A DNA stretch of 46,574 nucleotides. It comes from Octopus bimaculoides. Its lineage: Eukaryota. Location: the NCBI RefSeq assembly GCF_001194135.2, contig NC_068999.1:39063309-39109882 (forward strand). The letters run 5' to 3'. How positions within the stretch are numbered: position 1 is the stretch's first letter; every line of letters starts with the position of its first letter. Under the pieces are notes generated by a model. The model was given only the letters and a program-made list of their open reading frames with translations, was not told the origin of the DNA and did not search any database. Made by a program: the position numbers and the translations under genes. Below are positions 24,611 to 36,330 of this stretch, piece after piece.

Positions 24611-25317
24611 AACGAACATGGGTACAATCTTTTCCACAAAAACACTTCTGTGCGGACCCCTAGCATGGCTACAGAAAATAGAAACCTAAAAGTCATAATT
24701 CTTCAGATTTCTTCAAACAATTGGTTTCATAAATTAAAAATAAATATCTTAACATTTCAAGTGAAGCAAACCAAGAACTTATGTAGTATCGATTTGATTT
24801 TATTCCTCCTCAAAAAAACCTTGCTATTTTAAAAACATTCTAGAAGAGTCACTTGGTCTCTTGAACTCTAAAGACAACATCCAAGCTGATCTGGTATTAA
24901 AGCTCTCCATTCTTTTATGTTGTTCTATAAAAAAGAAAAGAAAAAAAATAATGAAGTACCATTATTTTTCGCGGAATTGATGTGAAGTGTTGGATGAAAT
25001 ACTTAGTTTCTTCAGTATTCTTTTACATCAATTTTGTTTGTCTGGCATTCTAACAACAATGTTTTTTGGCTTTTTTTCTTGTTCATTTCTTGACATTTAT
25101 TCCATCCAATATTTTTCATGATATAATTTTTTCTACATAATGAAATTATTTCAACAGCAATAGTCATATATTTTTTATTTTTACTTTGAAATTTAGGGTA
25201 TTTTTTATTGAATGTGTGTAGATTTTATTCGGTAATAACTATGAAGTATATCCGACCCTTAACGTTATAGTTATATTTGATGTTATTTAATGCGATGTGT
25301 GGCAGAAATGTCTTTTT

Positions 25318-25480
25318 CATCTTTTGGCACGAGGTCACCCATGTTGAGGGATGGGGTAAGTTGATTACATCAACCTCAATGCTCATTTGGTACCTATTTT
25401 ATCGATCCAAAAAGGATGAAAGGAAAATCTGACCTCGGTGGCATTTAAACTTAGAACATAAAAACGGACGAAATGCCGCA
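25318..25480 (-). mobile_element. SINE family A, head truncated
   Basis: GGTACCTATTTTATCGA..AGGATGAAAGG..GACCTCGG (reverse core). Confidence 0.82.
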
Positions 25481-25636
25481 CGACGAGCTTCATTCAGTTT
25501 CCTTCTACAAAAAATCACTCACAAGACTTTGGTTGGTTCGATGTTATAGTAGAAGACACCTGCCTATGGCGTTACACTGTGGGATTGAACCTAGAACCAT
25601 GTGGCTGGGAGGTAAGCTTCTTACCACACAGCCATG
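25481..25636 (-). mobile_element. SINE family B abutting the family A copy
   Basis: CGACGAGCTTC..CAGTTTCC..GAAGACACCTGCC..AAGCTTCTTACCACACAGCCATG. Confidence 0.85.
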
Positions 25637-26326
25637 TACATATTAACGCTAGGGGTATATTTAATGCAGGAAATGCTTAAATAGATGCTAGAAATAACCA
25701 CAATACAAACTGAACAAATGCAGGCATGGCTGTGTGGCTTATAAGTTTACTAGGAGCAGGGGTGGCTGATAGGACACGGAGTTTCACACTCACATGGCCC
25801 CCAGTTCAGGTCTTATACGCCCCATGACCAATAAGTGTAGATTCTTTTATTGAAAAGGAAACCGAGCGTTCGTTTCGATTATCGGGTGTAATATCTGATA
25901 TTGTAATTGTGTCTGTTCAATGATTTACCTATCGAGATTTTCATTGCTTGTATGTGATATTTTTGTGAAGCGTTGTTCGCCTTTCTTTTAAGTGGGTGTG
26001 TGTAGATGGTATTGTTATTAATTTGTTTGTTTATGTTATATATACATATGTCTGTGTATGTGTGTGTCTGTGTGCATGTTTCTTCCTTTCGCATATTTAT
26101 TGCACGCATTTTTGTTTTTTATTGTTATATTCTTCTACGCTTTTCAGACTACGCTATTTCTCATCTCTGCTTCCGCGAACTTTTTGCTCGTTCTCCTTAC
26201 ATCAAATTTTTGTCGTGAAATTTGCCTGATTTTTAGAGATACACATGTGTGGGTGCGTACGGTAACCTTCCACAGAGTTTTCCATCTACTTAATTCTAGT
26301 CGCAATATATTAGTCAGATCTTAGTT

Positions 26327-26425
26327 GTGGCTGCGTCAGAACACACGTACCCACAAAGCAAAGCAGTGGGATCGGAACACGGAGCCAAGTGGTTGCGAAA
26401 CAAACTTCTCAATCACACAGCCATT
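26327..26425 (-). mobile_element. SINE family B head fragment
   Basis: GCAGTGGGATCGGAAC..GTGGTTGCGAAACAAACTTCTCAATCACACAGCC. Confidence 0.6.
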
Positions 26426-27336
26426 ACTATTTTCCAATTAAACGTCTTTCTACGTGATTTTCTACTCGCAACACAGCAAAGAAGTTATCTTTCTAGGTCA
26501 AGACCACTGAAAATACCATCTTCTTTGAAGATTATCCTATTAGTTCTTTTTCTCTACCAATTTTGAAACAGGTTTGCTTTATTTAGTTCTTTTCCTCTTA
26601 CTTTTCGATGACTAGATTACTCCAGTCTTCATAAAAGAACAAAAGGATTATTAGTTGCAACTCAACACAGATCACAAGAATTATGTAGTGATGAAGAAGG
26701 GTGGCGGTACTTCATAGGTACCTCTCATTCACTTAATAAAACATAATCAGATTTTTCAGTTTCAATTAATCAGCTAAAGCTGACTGCTTTGAAAACCAGC
26801 TACTTTTATTGTTAACTATTTATTCGTGATACAGCACAACATACATTGATTGGTTGTTCTCCAGTTAGACGCAAGACAGGGAGAGGAAAGCAACACAATT
26901 GTTTACTTCATGGTGACAGCGGTGGACGCTTGACAACAAAAATGTGTTTCTTTTACTCTCAGTAACCTCACTCATTCCATTAAACCTAGTTGCTCCTCTA
27001 ACATTGTTAGACTAGTAAACATTCAACAGCATTCCAATTATTTTTCCTTTGTTTTTGTTTTTCTATCAAACGTGTCGAAAATCTAAATTGTATTTTATTA
27101 AGGTGTCACTGAGTGTTTTAGTTTCAGATCCATTATTATAGGTAAACACTGGCCAAGCTGTGGCATGAGGCCCACGTGCACCTCTCTTTGGCTTTGAGGA
27201 AAATGTATGAGTTTAGTAGCATTTTCATCTCAAAACTGTTTACTTTAGAAACTAAGGAAACGCAAACGTATACGCTATATAGCTGTGCCCTCACCCATAC
27301 ATACTTGCATGTATACATATGCATACAACTCTGTTT

Positions 27337-27367
<31 letters not shown>

Positions 27368-27370
27368 CTT

Positions 27371-27404
<34 letters not shown>

Positions 27405-27549
27405 GACGATGATGATTGCCTCAACTTCTCAGATGATAGACTTTTCACATTCAACTGATAGTGAGACATGTACGTCATAGGATATAACTAGCAACTATTT
27501 GTCCAATACATTTGCCATTATCTCTATCATCACATTAGGTTCTTCCGAT

Positions 27550-27635
27550 CCAGTCACAAAGTATTAGGCGGCCCAGAGCACTGGTAGAGACATTCGTTTA
27601 ACGTGCTACGCGGTGGAACTGAACCTAGGACCATT
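27550..27635 (-). mobile_element. SINE family B internal fragment
   Basis: GGTAGAGACA..GTGCTACGCGGTGGAACTGAACC. Confidence 0.5.
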
Positions 27636-27814
27636 AGTTTATATAAAGTATAAGGTGTGTGTATGTGAATGCACGTATATGTAATATGAATCTTTGACTC
27701 TAAATATTGCTAAACAAAATTTCACCAGAGAATGTGTAACTAGACGGATTATCATTGTTTATTTCATTAAATGAATTATTTAAACTAAAATCTGTCCTGG
27801 CATTCCGAATTGTA

Positions 27815-27817
<3 letters not shown>

Positions 27818-27894
<77 letters not shown>

Positions 27895-27995
27895 CCACAC
27901 AATACTCACACAGAAAAGCACACACACACACACTCACACACAAACACACGTACAACACATACAAAGACAGACACACACACACACACAGACGCAGA
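27818..27995. repeat. Long (CA)n and degenerate CA-rich microsatellite
   Basis: Direct. Confidence 0.9.
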
Positions 27996-28609
27996 TACAC
28001 AAATACGCATATCATTATATATAACACACATACGCACATGAATGCGTGTGTCTGTGCATATACATATATTTGTGTGTGTGTGTTCAGGTATTTGCTCTCT
28101 TTCTCTCTATTACTGTTTCACTTTATTTCTCTACCTCTCTTTCTCCCTTTCTATCCACATTTACTGTTTTTTTTTTCCCGTCAGTCGTTATTTCTTTCTT
28201 TTAAAATTTGAAAATTCATGAAAATTCAATTAATGGAACCCTTTGTGCTGAAGCCTCTTGTGTTCCTGTTTCAGTTCTTCACTTAATTATTTTACAAGTA
28301 CCATTTTCGGTTTTACTATTATTAAACTAAATGTTATTATTATTATTATTATTAGTTGTTGTAGTAGTTATAGTATTAATATATATTTTATATGCTTTAA
28401 AACGTTACACCGTATTAGTTTCTTTATTTATTCTCTTCTTTATCTGAAACCAAAATATGGTAATATTCTAAATTGAAAGCCATTTCAGGAAAAATTTTTG
28501 GATTCATTTAACGAATGAATACATGTATATGTGTGTGCGTGTATGTACATATATCTATGTAAATATACATATAAATATGTTATATAGATACACACACCTT
28601 GATGCATAC

Positions 28610-28660
<51 letters not shown>

Positions 28661-28692
28661 NNNNNNNNNNNNNNNNNNNNNNNNNNNNNNNN

Positions 28693-28769
<77 letters not shown>
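28693..28769. repeat. (CT)n microsatellite next to an N-gap
   Basis: Direct. Confidence 0.95.
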
Positions 28770-28773
<4 letters not shown>

Positions 28774-29992
28774 AACACATACTCATATCAAAATGTTTCT
28801 TTTATTTTAAAATTACCTGTTCGTTGTATTTATAGATTATAGCATTTGTGTTTGAGTCTGTGTGTGTCCGTGCGTGCGTGCCTCTGTGTGTGTGCCTGCC
28901 TGTGTATGTGTGCGTGTGTGTCCATGTATTATTCTAGTTGTGTATGAACATATGTGCATCTCACTGCGTGTATTGTACGAAAGTTGTAAAATAACATAAA
29001 AAACACCAACTTTCGTAGTTAGCCGACGGTCGCATGGAATATCAAAATTCTATTTATTCTATTTTCTTTCTAAAATTCCTTGAATGAATTTGGTTTATTT
29101 CGTTCCGTCTTTCTTGTCAGTTTTCAATAAGCAAGTGTTGGTGCAGTTTTTGTTTGTTTTCTCTATTTTGTTCTTGTTATCTTTTCCTAACATTCAAATC
29201 ATGTTTTAAAATGGTAACATTCGATTTACTTAAATTAGTTATTAAAAATACTGTTTAAGTAAAACGCATGCAAATAAAAGGTATTCGATAATTAATATAA
29301 ACTTATTCACCCACCGTTGCGACTAGAGATTTGTTTCTCATTTTTATTGAAAAGCTGTTAGCAGCGACGAATTCAACTTTAAGTGCTTTGTTTGGTTACG
29401 TAGTTTTTTACAATAATCATTAAAAGGGTTATTTATTTCATATGCGATAAATACTCACAGTTAGTAAAGATAAACTCAATTATAAATTGTTGCATTCAAT
29501 GATTCCTTTCGCACTTAATTTATTAAAATTCCTTGCTCTGCAACTAGACAAAGTGTCGACGTTGCTGTGCAGATACTGTCGAAAATGAAATTGTTTCGAT
29601 GCTGAGAGCAATTGGTTCGGAATTTTGCATAAAAATGTATGGATAAATATTCGGATAATGATGTTAGATTTGTTCTTTAGCTTCAATAATGTTCCTCATA
29701 TAAAGAAAGGCAATTCATACATATGTGTCACACTTCCGTTTTTAGCCATTGCAGTAAAACTTGTCAGCACCCACTTGGCAACACGCACCCTTATTTGACT
29801 CATTTGTTCAGGTGCAGATACAACCACATGCAGGAATTCACCAGCATCCGACTGGAACTCAGTATAGCTATATACATCGAAGCAATATGAATTGAAATGC
29901 CTTGCTCAAGATGAGCAGGTTACATTTCGATGATGCGTTATTCGATCAACTGAACTACTGCTCATTCAATTAGCTTGTCTATATATATACAC

Positions 29993-30050
<58 letters not shown>

Positions 30051-30053
<3 letters not shown>

Positions 30054-30216
30054 TGCATGATTAGCTATGTGGTAAGTGTCTTGCTTACCAACCACATAGT
30101 TCCGTGTTCAGTTCCACTGCTTGGCACCTTGTGAAAGTTTCTTCTACTATAGCTTCGTGCTGACCAAATCTTTGTCAGTGGAGTTGGTAGACGGAATCTG
30201 AAAGAAGCCCGTCGTA
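30051..30216 (+). mobile_element. SINE family B
   Basis: GCTATGTGGTAAG..CTTGCTTACCAACCACATAGTTCCGTGTTCAGTTCCACTGC..GGCACCTTG..GGTAGACGGAATCTGAAAGAAGCCCGTCGTAT. Confidence 0.88.
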
Positions 30217-30703
30217 TATATACAAGTAAAAGCGAAAATAAAATAAATAGCAGGCTGCACTTAGTTTAACCAAGACACTCGAGATATTAGAAAGAAAAAA
30301 TAAAATGGAACACAACTCTGATGTCGTCAATGGTTTAGCGTAAGAGTGGAGGGAGGGAGACAGAAGGGTGAAGTGCAAGAACTCACAACTGATGCACTAT
30401 CGGAGACAATGGTTGAAGGGTTGAGAAAGTTGTAACATATGTGTCACATTTATGAGTGCCTCGTGAAAATTAAAAGCTTTTCTTTTTAATCATTTTTTTC
30501 TTTCACATTTTGTGAAAATCACGAACATTTTTTTGAGTGATGAATTGTTGAAAGCAATCTTTCAATGTAATGCAGTCGTCCAAAAAACACACACAAATAC
30601 ATAAATACAGACATAGTTACATACATACATGCGCATAGACATATATTCACGATTTGTATGTGTGTGGCAGTAGCTGTGTATGTGTAGATGCTCAAATATA
30701 TAC

Positions 30704-30751
<48 letters not shown>

Positions 30752-30889
30752 NNNNNNNNNNNNNNNNNNNNNNNNNNNNNNNNNNNNNNNNNNNNNNNNN
30801 NNNNNNNNNNNNNNNNNNNNNNNNNNNNNNNNNNNNNNNNNNNNNNNNNNNNNNNNNNNNNNNNNNNNNNNNNNNNNNNNNNNNNNNNN

Positions 30890-30933
<44 letters not shown>

Positions 30934-31309
30934 ACACACACACACACATACACATACACACACACATATTTATTTATATTCAGCGTGTCACCTTCCTTTG
31001 TATTAAATAAATCAGCTGTCATCTGTTTTTTTCTGTTACTGTTTGCTTGTGTCTTTAGCACTCTATGCTTATGGTATTTTTGCATTGTATTGACGGCTCT
31101 ACTGTGGAGTCAACTAGTTACTTGAGGCATCACCTGTTCGGTCTGACCTAACACAGATGCAACATTCTTAAAGATTCATTTCAAAATGCCTTTCTCACTG
31201 TATCTTTCTTTCTTTTCTTCTTTTCTCTCTCTGTCTCTGTAACGCGCATGCACGCCCACACACACACACATGCACATACATACAAATATATGAGTGTATA
31301 GTCAAGCTT

Positions 31310-31385
31310 TCCTCCTTTGCTTATTTCAGTCATTGGACTGCAGCTATACTGGGGAAACGGCTTTAGTCGAACAAATAAACGTTGG
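31310..31385 (-). mobile_element. SINE family B 3' module fragment
   Basis: TTATTTCAGTCATTGGACTGCAGCTATACTGGGG..GCTTTAGTCGAACAAAT mirrors 40130-40190. Confidence 0.65.
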
Positions 31386-31689
31386 AACTTATCTTTAGGC
31401 CTGAGGACGCAAACACACCAACACTGACTGTCAAGATAGGCCGGGAGACAAACAAAGATTCCGACTGCCGCATGTTGCGGCACTGACGAAGCATATTTTG
31501 TGTGATGCTGTTCTAAGCTGAGGGTAGATGGTCATCGGAATAATACAGTAAAGACGGCAAGGTTGTGATGTTAGTTTATTTTGCGTATATAAATTGCTTG
31601 GGTATTTGAACTATTGAAGTATAGAGAACTAACATCACTTCGCTCAAGAATGTTCCAAAAGTATCGGCACAGATTTTGTGTGATATGAG

Positions 31690-31910
31690 TCGGGTGCATG
31701 GAGATGTGGCATCAATATCATTTAGGATGGCCATAGCTAGAGAGGGGAATGTAGGTCGCTGAAATAGAGCAGACACTATGTGGTAGAGAAAAACGTCCGA
31801 AAGTCGGATGGTCAGATGATCAGATACTTCCAACTGTACATATTGTAATGGTGCGATCTGACGGGAAATCACTGACCTAAGGGAAAAGAAATGGTTGCGG
31901 CCCAACGGAA
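31690..31910 (+). mobile_element. Highly degenerate RTE-like LINE 3' coding end
   Basis: Reconstructable W(A)GH(I)AR..R(W)NRA.TMW..R..KRPKVGWSDD pattern resembles the RTE C-terminus (WAGHIAR..W.P..R..GRP..RW.D); many stops. Confidence 0.4.
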
Positions 31911-33064
31911 AATAAGGTTTTGTTTGGTGTTTCTCATGTCTGGAGTTCTTGAAAGGGATGCTAACGTTAAGTGCCTTACCACTGTTTACACTACGTTTAT
32001 TATTGTTGTTATTCTATTAGATTCCATGAAATATGGCAGGACAACTACAACATCCAATCTTATATTTCGGAAAATGAATCTAGGTGTACAGTATCCATTT
32101 GGTGTTTGTTTTCATAAAGATGGTAATAATATGATCTGAAATAGTCCTATCTGTTGTTTCTAGAAGATTAAATGACCACATAATCCCTGCCATCGAAGCG
32201 TATCCATTTGATTTTCGGCCAGTTTCCCTCTCCAAAGCGCCAATAAGAATATTCTATACAATGTGAGGCTACAGACACGTGCCTAAGATGTTTTCTTAAA
32301 CTAAGAGACTAGTGGTTTTACGAACACACGTTTATTAACTGCTCATCGAGCATGTTATACAAATGAAATTGCCATACTTTTTCCATACAATCTGTTATTT
32401 AATTCCATGGACATGAACTTCACCACCACCATCTCGTCTTTCTCGGTAAAACAGCATATCACTTCCGGCGACGAGTGGGTGGAATTGATAAAGCATTGGA
32501 CGAAATGTCTTCTTCCGCTTCTTGGTGTTCTAGGACATAATCCGTTGTCGAACCTTTTTACCTTTGGTTGGCACTTCGGTGCCTTTAGTCACGTACCACT
32601 CTGTTGCATACATTCACGCCCAGTTTCCGGTTTGTGGATAACTTTCTCTCGAAGGCACTGATGGAGAAGAACATTAAAGACGATGAATTTGTTTCTCTCA
32701 CTAAGAGGTATAAAAGCAATGCCATTACTAGCAGCAACAGATGAACCGAACATTTATTCACTCAAACAACTTTGACTTTTGTCAACTGATTATATTAGTT
32801 ATCACCTTCAGCTAGCCGTTAAGATACCGTGTTCAGTGATTAAGGTATCCAAGTGTTAGAGATTGATTAGAATCAAAGCAGTGGGTTTCAAGGTGTGAAA
32901 AATACATCGTTAACACCGTACTGGTTTACTTTTCTATAATTACTTACCTGCTTCTTCAAGTCGATAATTTTGAATTCAAAATTATTACAATTCTTCAATG
33001 CTGAATAGATCGTAGTTAATGTGAAAGAGAAGAGATCACCTACAAAGCATTCATTACAAGTGTT

Positions 33065-33114
<50 letters not shown>

Positions 33115-33223
33115 TAGTTGTACTTGGGGATGGTCATATTGCCAGTTTAGCCAATAAAAACACACGCACTGTATATTTGGTGTTAATTTGTTTCAGCTTT
33201 ATATTACATTAATCTTATTTCGG

Positions 33224-33263
33224 CCAGAGTTCTTTCGTCACACTTCTGTGACCTCATCAGTGG
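33224..33263 (-). ncRNA. Minimal type I hammerhead ribozyme, catalytic core intact
   Basis: Minus strand: CCA-CTGATGA-G-GTCACA(GAAG)TGTGAC-GAAA-G(AA)C-TC-TGG. Stem I CCA/TGG, 6-bp stem II, minimal stem III, CUC triplet. Confidence 0.8.
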
Positions 33264-33392
33264 TCCTTTGTTTCCTTCCTTCTTATGTGTGTCTCACCTT
33301 GCTAAATATCAGCCATTTTGTATGGCTGATATTTAGCAAGGTGAGACACACATAAGAAGGAAGGAAACAAAGGACCACTGATGAGGTCACAG
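33246..33392. repeat. Perfect palindrome, 71-bp arms with 5-nt loop; right arm runs into an N-gap
   Basis: 33246-33316 is the exact reverse complement of 33322-33392. Confidence 0.95.
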
Positions 33393-33727
33393 NNNNNNNN
33401 NNNNNNNNNNNNNNNNNNNNNNNNNNNNNNNNNNNNNNNNNNNNNNNNNNNNNNNNNNNNNNNNNNNNNNNNNNNNNNNNNNNNNNNNNNNNNNNNNNNN
33501 NNNNNNNNNNNNNNNNNNNNNNNNNNNNNNNNNNNNNNNNNNNNNNNNNNNNNNNNNNNNNNNNNNNNNNNNNNNNNNNNNNNNNNNNNNNNNNNNNNNN
33601 NNNNNNNNNNNNNNNNNNNNNNNNNNNNNNNNNNNNNNNNNNNNNNNNNNNNNNNNNNNNNNNNNNNNNNNNNNNNNNNNNNNNNNNNNNNNNNNNNNNN
33701 NNNNNNNNNNNNNNNNNNNNNNNNNNN

Positions 33728-33762
<35 letters not shown>

Positions 33763-34509
33763 ATAACGAATTGGACAAATCAGTAAAGAACGCGTGAACC
33801 CTATAATACAATTCAGGTTTCTTGGAGAAACGCAATGTTTCAAGGAGACTGGAATCAGTATTTAGTGAAGCCGAACTAAGAAAAACAAACGACTCTAAAC
33901 CGTTCCTTGTTAATAACATTTATTATGGGAGCCAGAAATCCATCGAAAGATATTGTAACATATACACACAACGCATGCACACACAGACATATATGTGTGC
34001 GATGTGTACCTCAGTGTTTCTGTGTGCATATGTGTATATCTATCTATATATATATATATGTGTGTATATCTATCTATATATATATATTTATATATATATA
34101 TTTATATATATATAATGTGCGTGTGTGTGTGTGTTCGCGCATGTGCGTGTCAGTGTGCGTGTGTGCGCGCCAGCGACTATGCCTTGTAAACACTAAATAT
34201 ATGTAGAGAGATATATAAAATTGAATGAGATATAACAGGAGTAGTAGTAGTAGTAGTAACGGTGGATTAGTGGGAGTAATTTTGTATATGCGGAGGACTT
34301 GAATTAGACAATGAGCCTGGGAGGTGGCGGTGGAGTTGAAGATTACTCTCCATGTTAAAATTAGATAAGTGAGGAAGTGAGCAGAAAGATAAGAAGAAAG
34401 CCACTCGGAAAACTTTAATTTACAGGATTCATTTAAATACACATGAATATCAAACACACGCAGATTCATGAACACGTAAATGCATGCATACATTCACGCA
34501 TAAGCATCC

Positions 34510-34540
<31 letters not shown>

Positions 34541-35082
34541 TCGTATGCGAATGATCTTTCTGTTTATATATTCCGTGTCATTTAAAAAGTGTCTTCCCAT
34601 TCATCCACCTCTCCATCTATAAATTTATAATTATATTTATATCTATACACACACACACACACACANNNNNNNNNNNNNNNNNNNNNNNNNNNNNNNNNNN
34701 NNNNNNNNNNNNNNNNNNNNNNNNNNNNNNNNNNNNNNNNNNNNNNNNNNNNNNNNNNNNNNNNNNNNNNNNNNNNNNNNNNNNNNNNNNNNNNNNNNNN
34801 NNNNNNNNNNNNNNNNNNNNNNNNNNNNNNNNNNNNNNNNNNNNNNNNNNNNNNNNNNNNNNNNNNNNNNNNNNNNNNNNNNNNNNNNNNNNNNNNNNNN
34901 NNNNNNNNNNNNNNNNNNNNNNNNNNNNNNNNNNNNNNNNNNNNNNNNNNNNNNNNNNNNNNNNNNNNNNNNNNNNNNNNNNNNNNNNNNNNAGCCAGCT
35001 GGAGGAGATGTCCTCCTGGGGCTAAAAGCAACAGTAACATCCACCCCTAGGGGTCAGCCACACTTAAGTGGCAATATACTAC

Positions 35083-35151
<69 letters not shown>

Positions 35152-35169
35152 CTGTGTGTGTGTGTGTGC

Positions 35170-36177
35170 GAGTGCGTATATTAACCAGGGCAAGAACAAA
35201 ATCCAACGTACCTCCGTTTTTATTAACTCTAAGTGCAATGCATAATAATTGAACGATAATGTATTCCAAAAGAAAATTTTAACAAAGAGTGCGATACCAA
35301 CAATATTGTTAAATTTACTCGCACATGTTAATCATTACGTAAAACATCACGTGATTGTTGCTTGATCACTTCACTGCGATTGGATAAACGTAGATTTGTG
35401 AATCTATAATGTAAATACCGAGCCGGAAATGACAATTCTACTGATGATTGTTGAACGGGAACTCTATTACTGATCTGAGGTTTCTTTTGGTGTATGAGGA
35501 TGGCCTCAGAGATTCTAAGGTTGCGCCTGTTCCACTGTGTTGCGTTGATGTCCACTGTGAATTCCCGAGTCTGGCATTTCTGTAGATGTTTCTTCATGGA
35601 CGTGTGTGCCTGTATGTGTTCCTTAATGTGTAATTTAGTTTTCTTGTGCTTCCGATGTAAGATGCGCCACATTTGCCACAGATGATCTCATATACGACAT
35701 AGGTCCTCTGGCACAATTCAGTATCATTGATGGGGCAGTTCGACAATGTGCACTCCTCAGGCTAGTGAGGATTGTTGTTCTTGGATGGAGCTTTTCTCAG
35801 GGAAGGGCCGTGTTGTATCGCTACAGTAGTTCTGTCGTCAAAGTGTGGTAGCTTTAGGAAGCTCGTGTCGGACTTGGGAGGATGATGGTACTTCCGGGGT
35901 TTATTGACCTTCATGTTCTTCAAGTGCCGTTGTTTAGCTAAAGATGGTGGGTAGCCATTCAGCGTTAGGTCTTTGGGGGCTTCGTCAGTGACGTTGTTGC
36001 AATTGTTTATACGCGCAATCTCGTTTCTCATGTATGCGGCTTTGGCTCTGGTGGGTAAGGCTGATTGATAGTGGACAAAAGGTTTTCTGTAGAATTTGGT
36101 AACTATGGATCCTTCTTCTGTGAACTTAAGTTGGAAGTCGAGTAGAGAGAGGGTTCCGGAACCCGCTCTCTACTTGA
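35170..36177 (-). mobile_element. 5'-truncated Penelope-like element: RT thumb, linker and GIY-YIG endonuclease pseudogene
   Basis: GTLSLLDFQLKFTEEGSIVTKFYRKPFVHYQSALPTRAKAAYMRNEIARINNC..NGYP..LKLPHF..H*PEECTLSNCPINDTELCQRTYVVYEIICGKCGASYIGSTRK/LHIKEH..NLRISEAILIHQKKPQIS; one in-frame TAG and one frameshift. Confidence 0.92.
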
Positions 36178-36290
36178 GCAATAAACTGATAATTAAGTAT
36201 TCTCATTTACACGTCGCTCCTCGGATGCATCTCTCTCTCTCTCTCTCTCTCTCTACACACATATACTCCTCTAAATACACAGACTCACAG

Positions 36291-36330
<40 letters not shown>

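Noticed and set aside
27700-28039. YIYI/CVCV/HTHT/ERER/SLSL ORFs throughout the window
   Set aside because: Microsatellite translations, not proteins.
31478-31520. CTGACGA-A-GCAT..ATGC
   Set aside because: Stem II-like pairing is present but there is no GAAA box or stem III.
35720-35770. Selenocysteine read-through in the PLE linker
   Set aside because: The in-frame stop is TAG at a non-Cys position, and all Cys codons are TGC/TGT.
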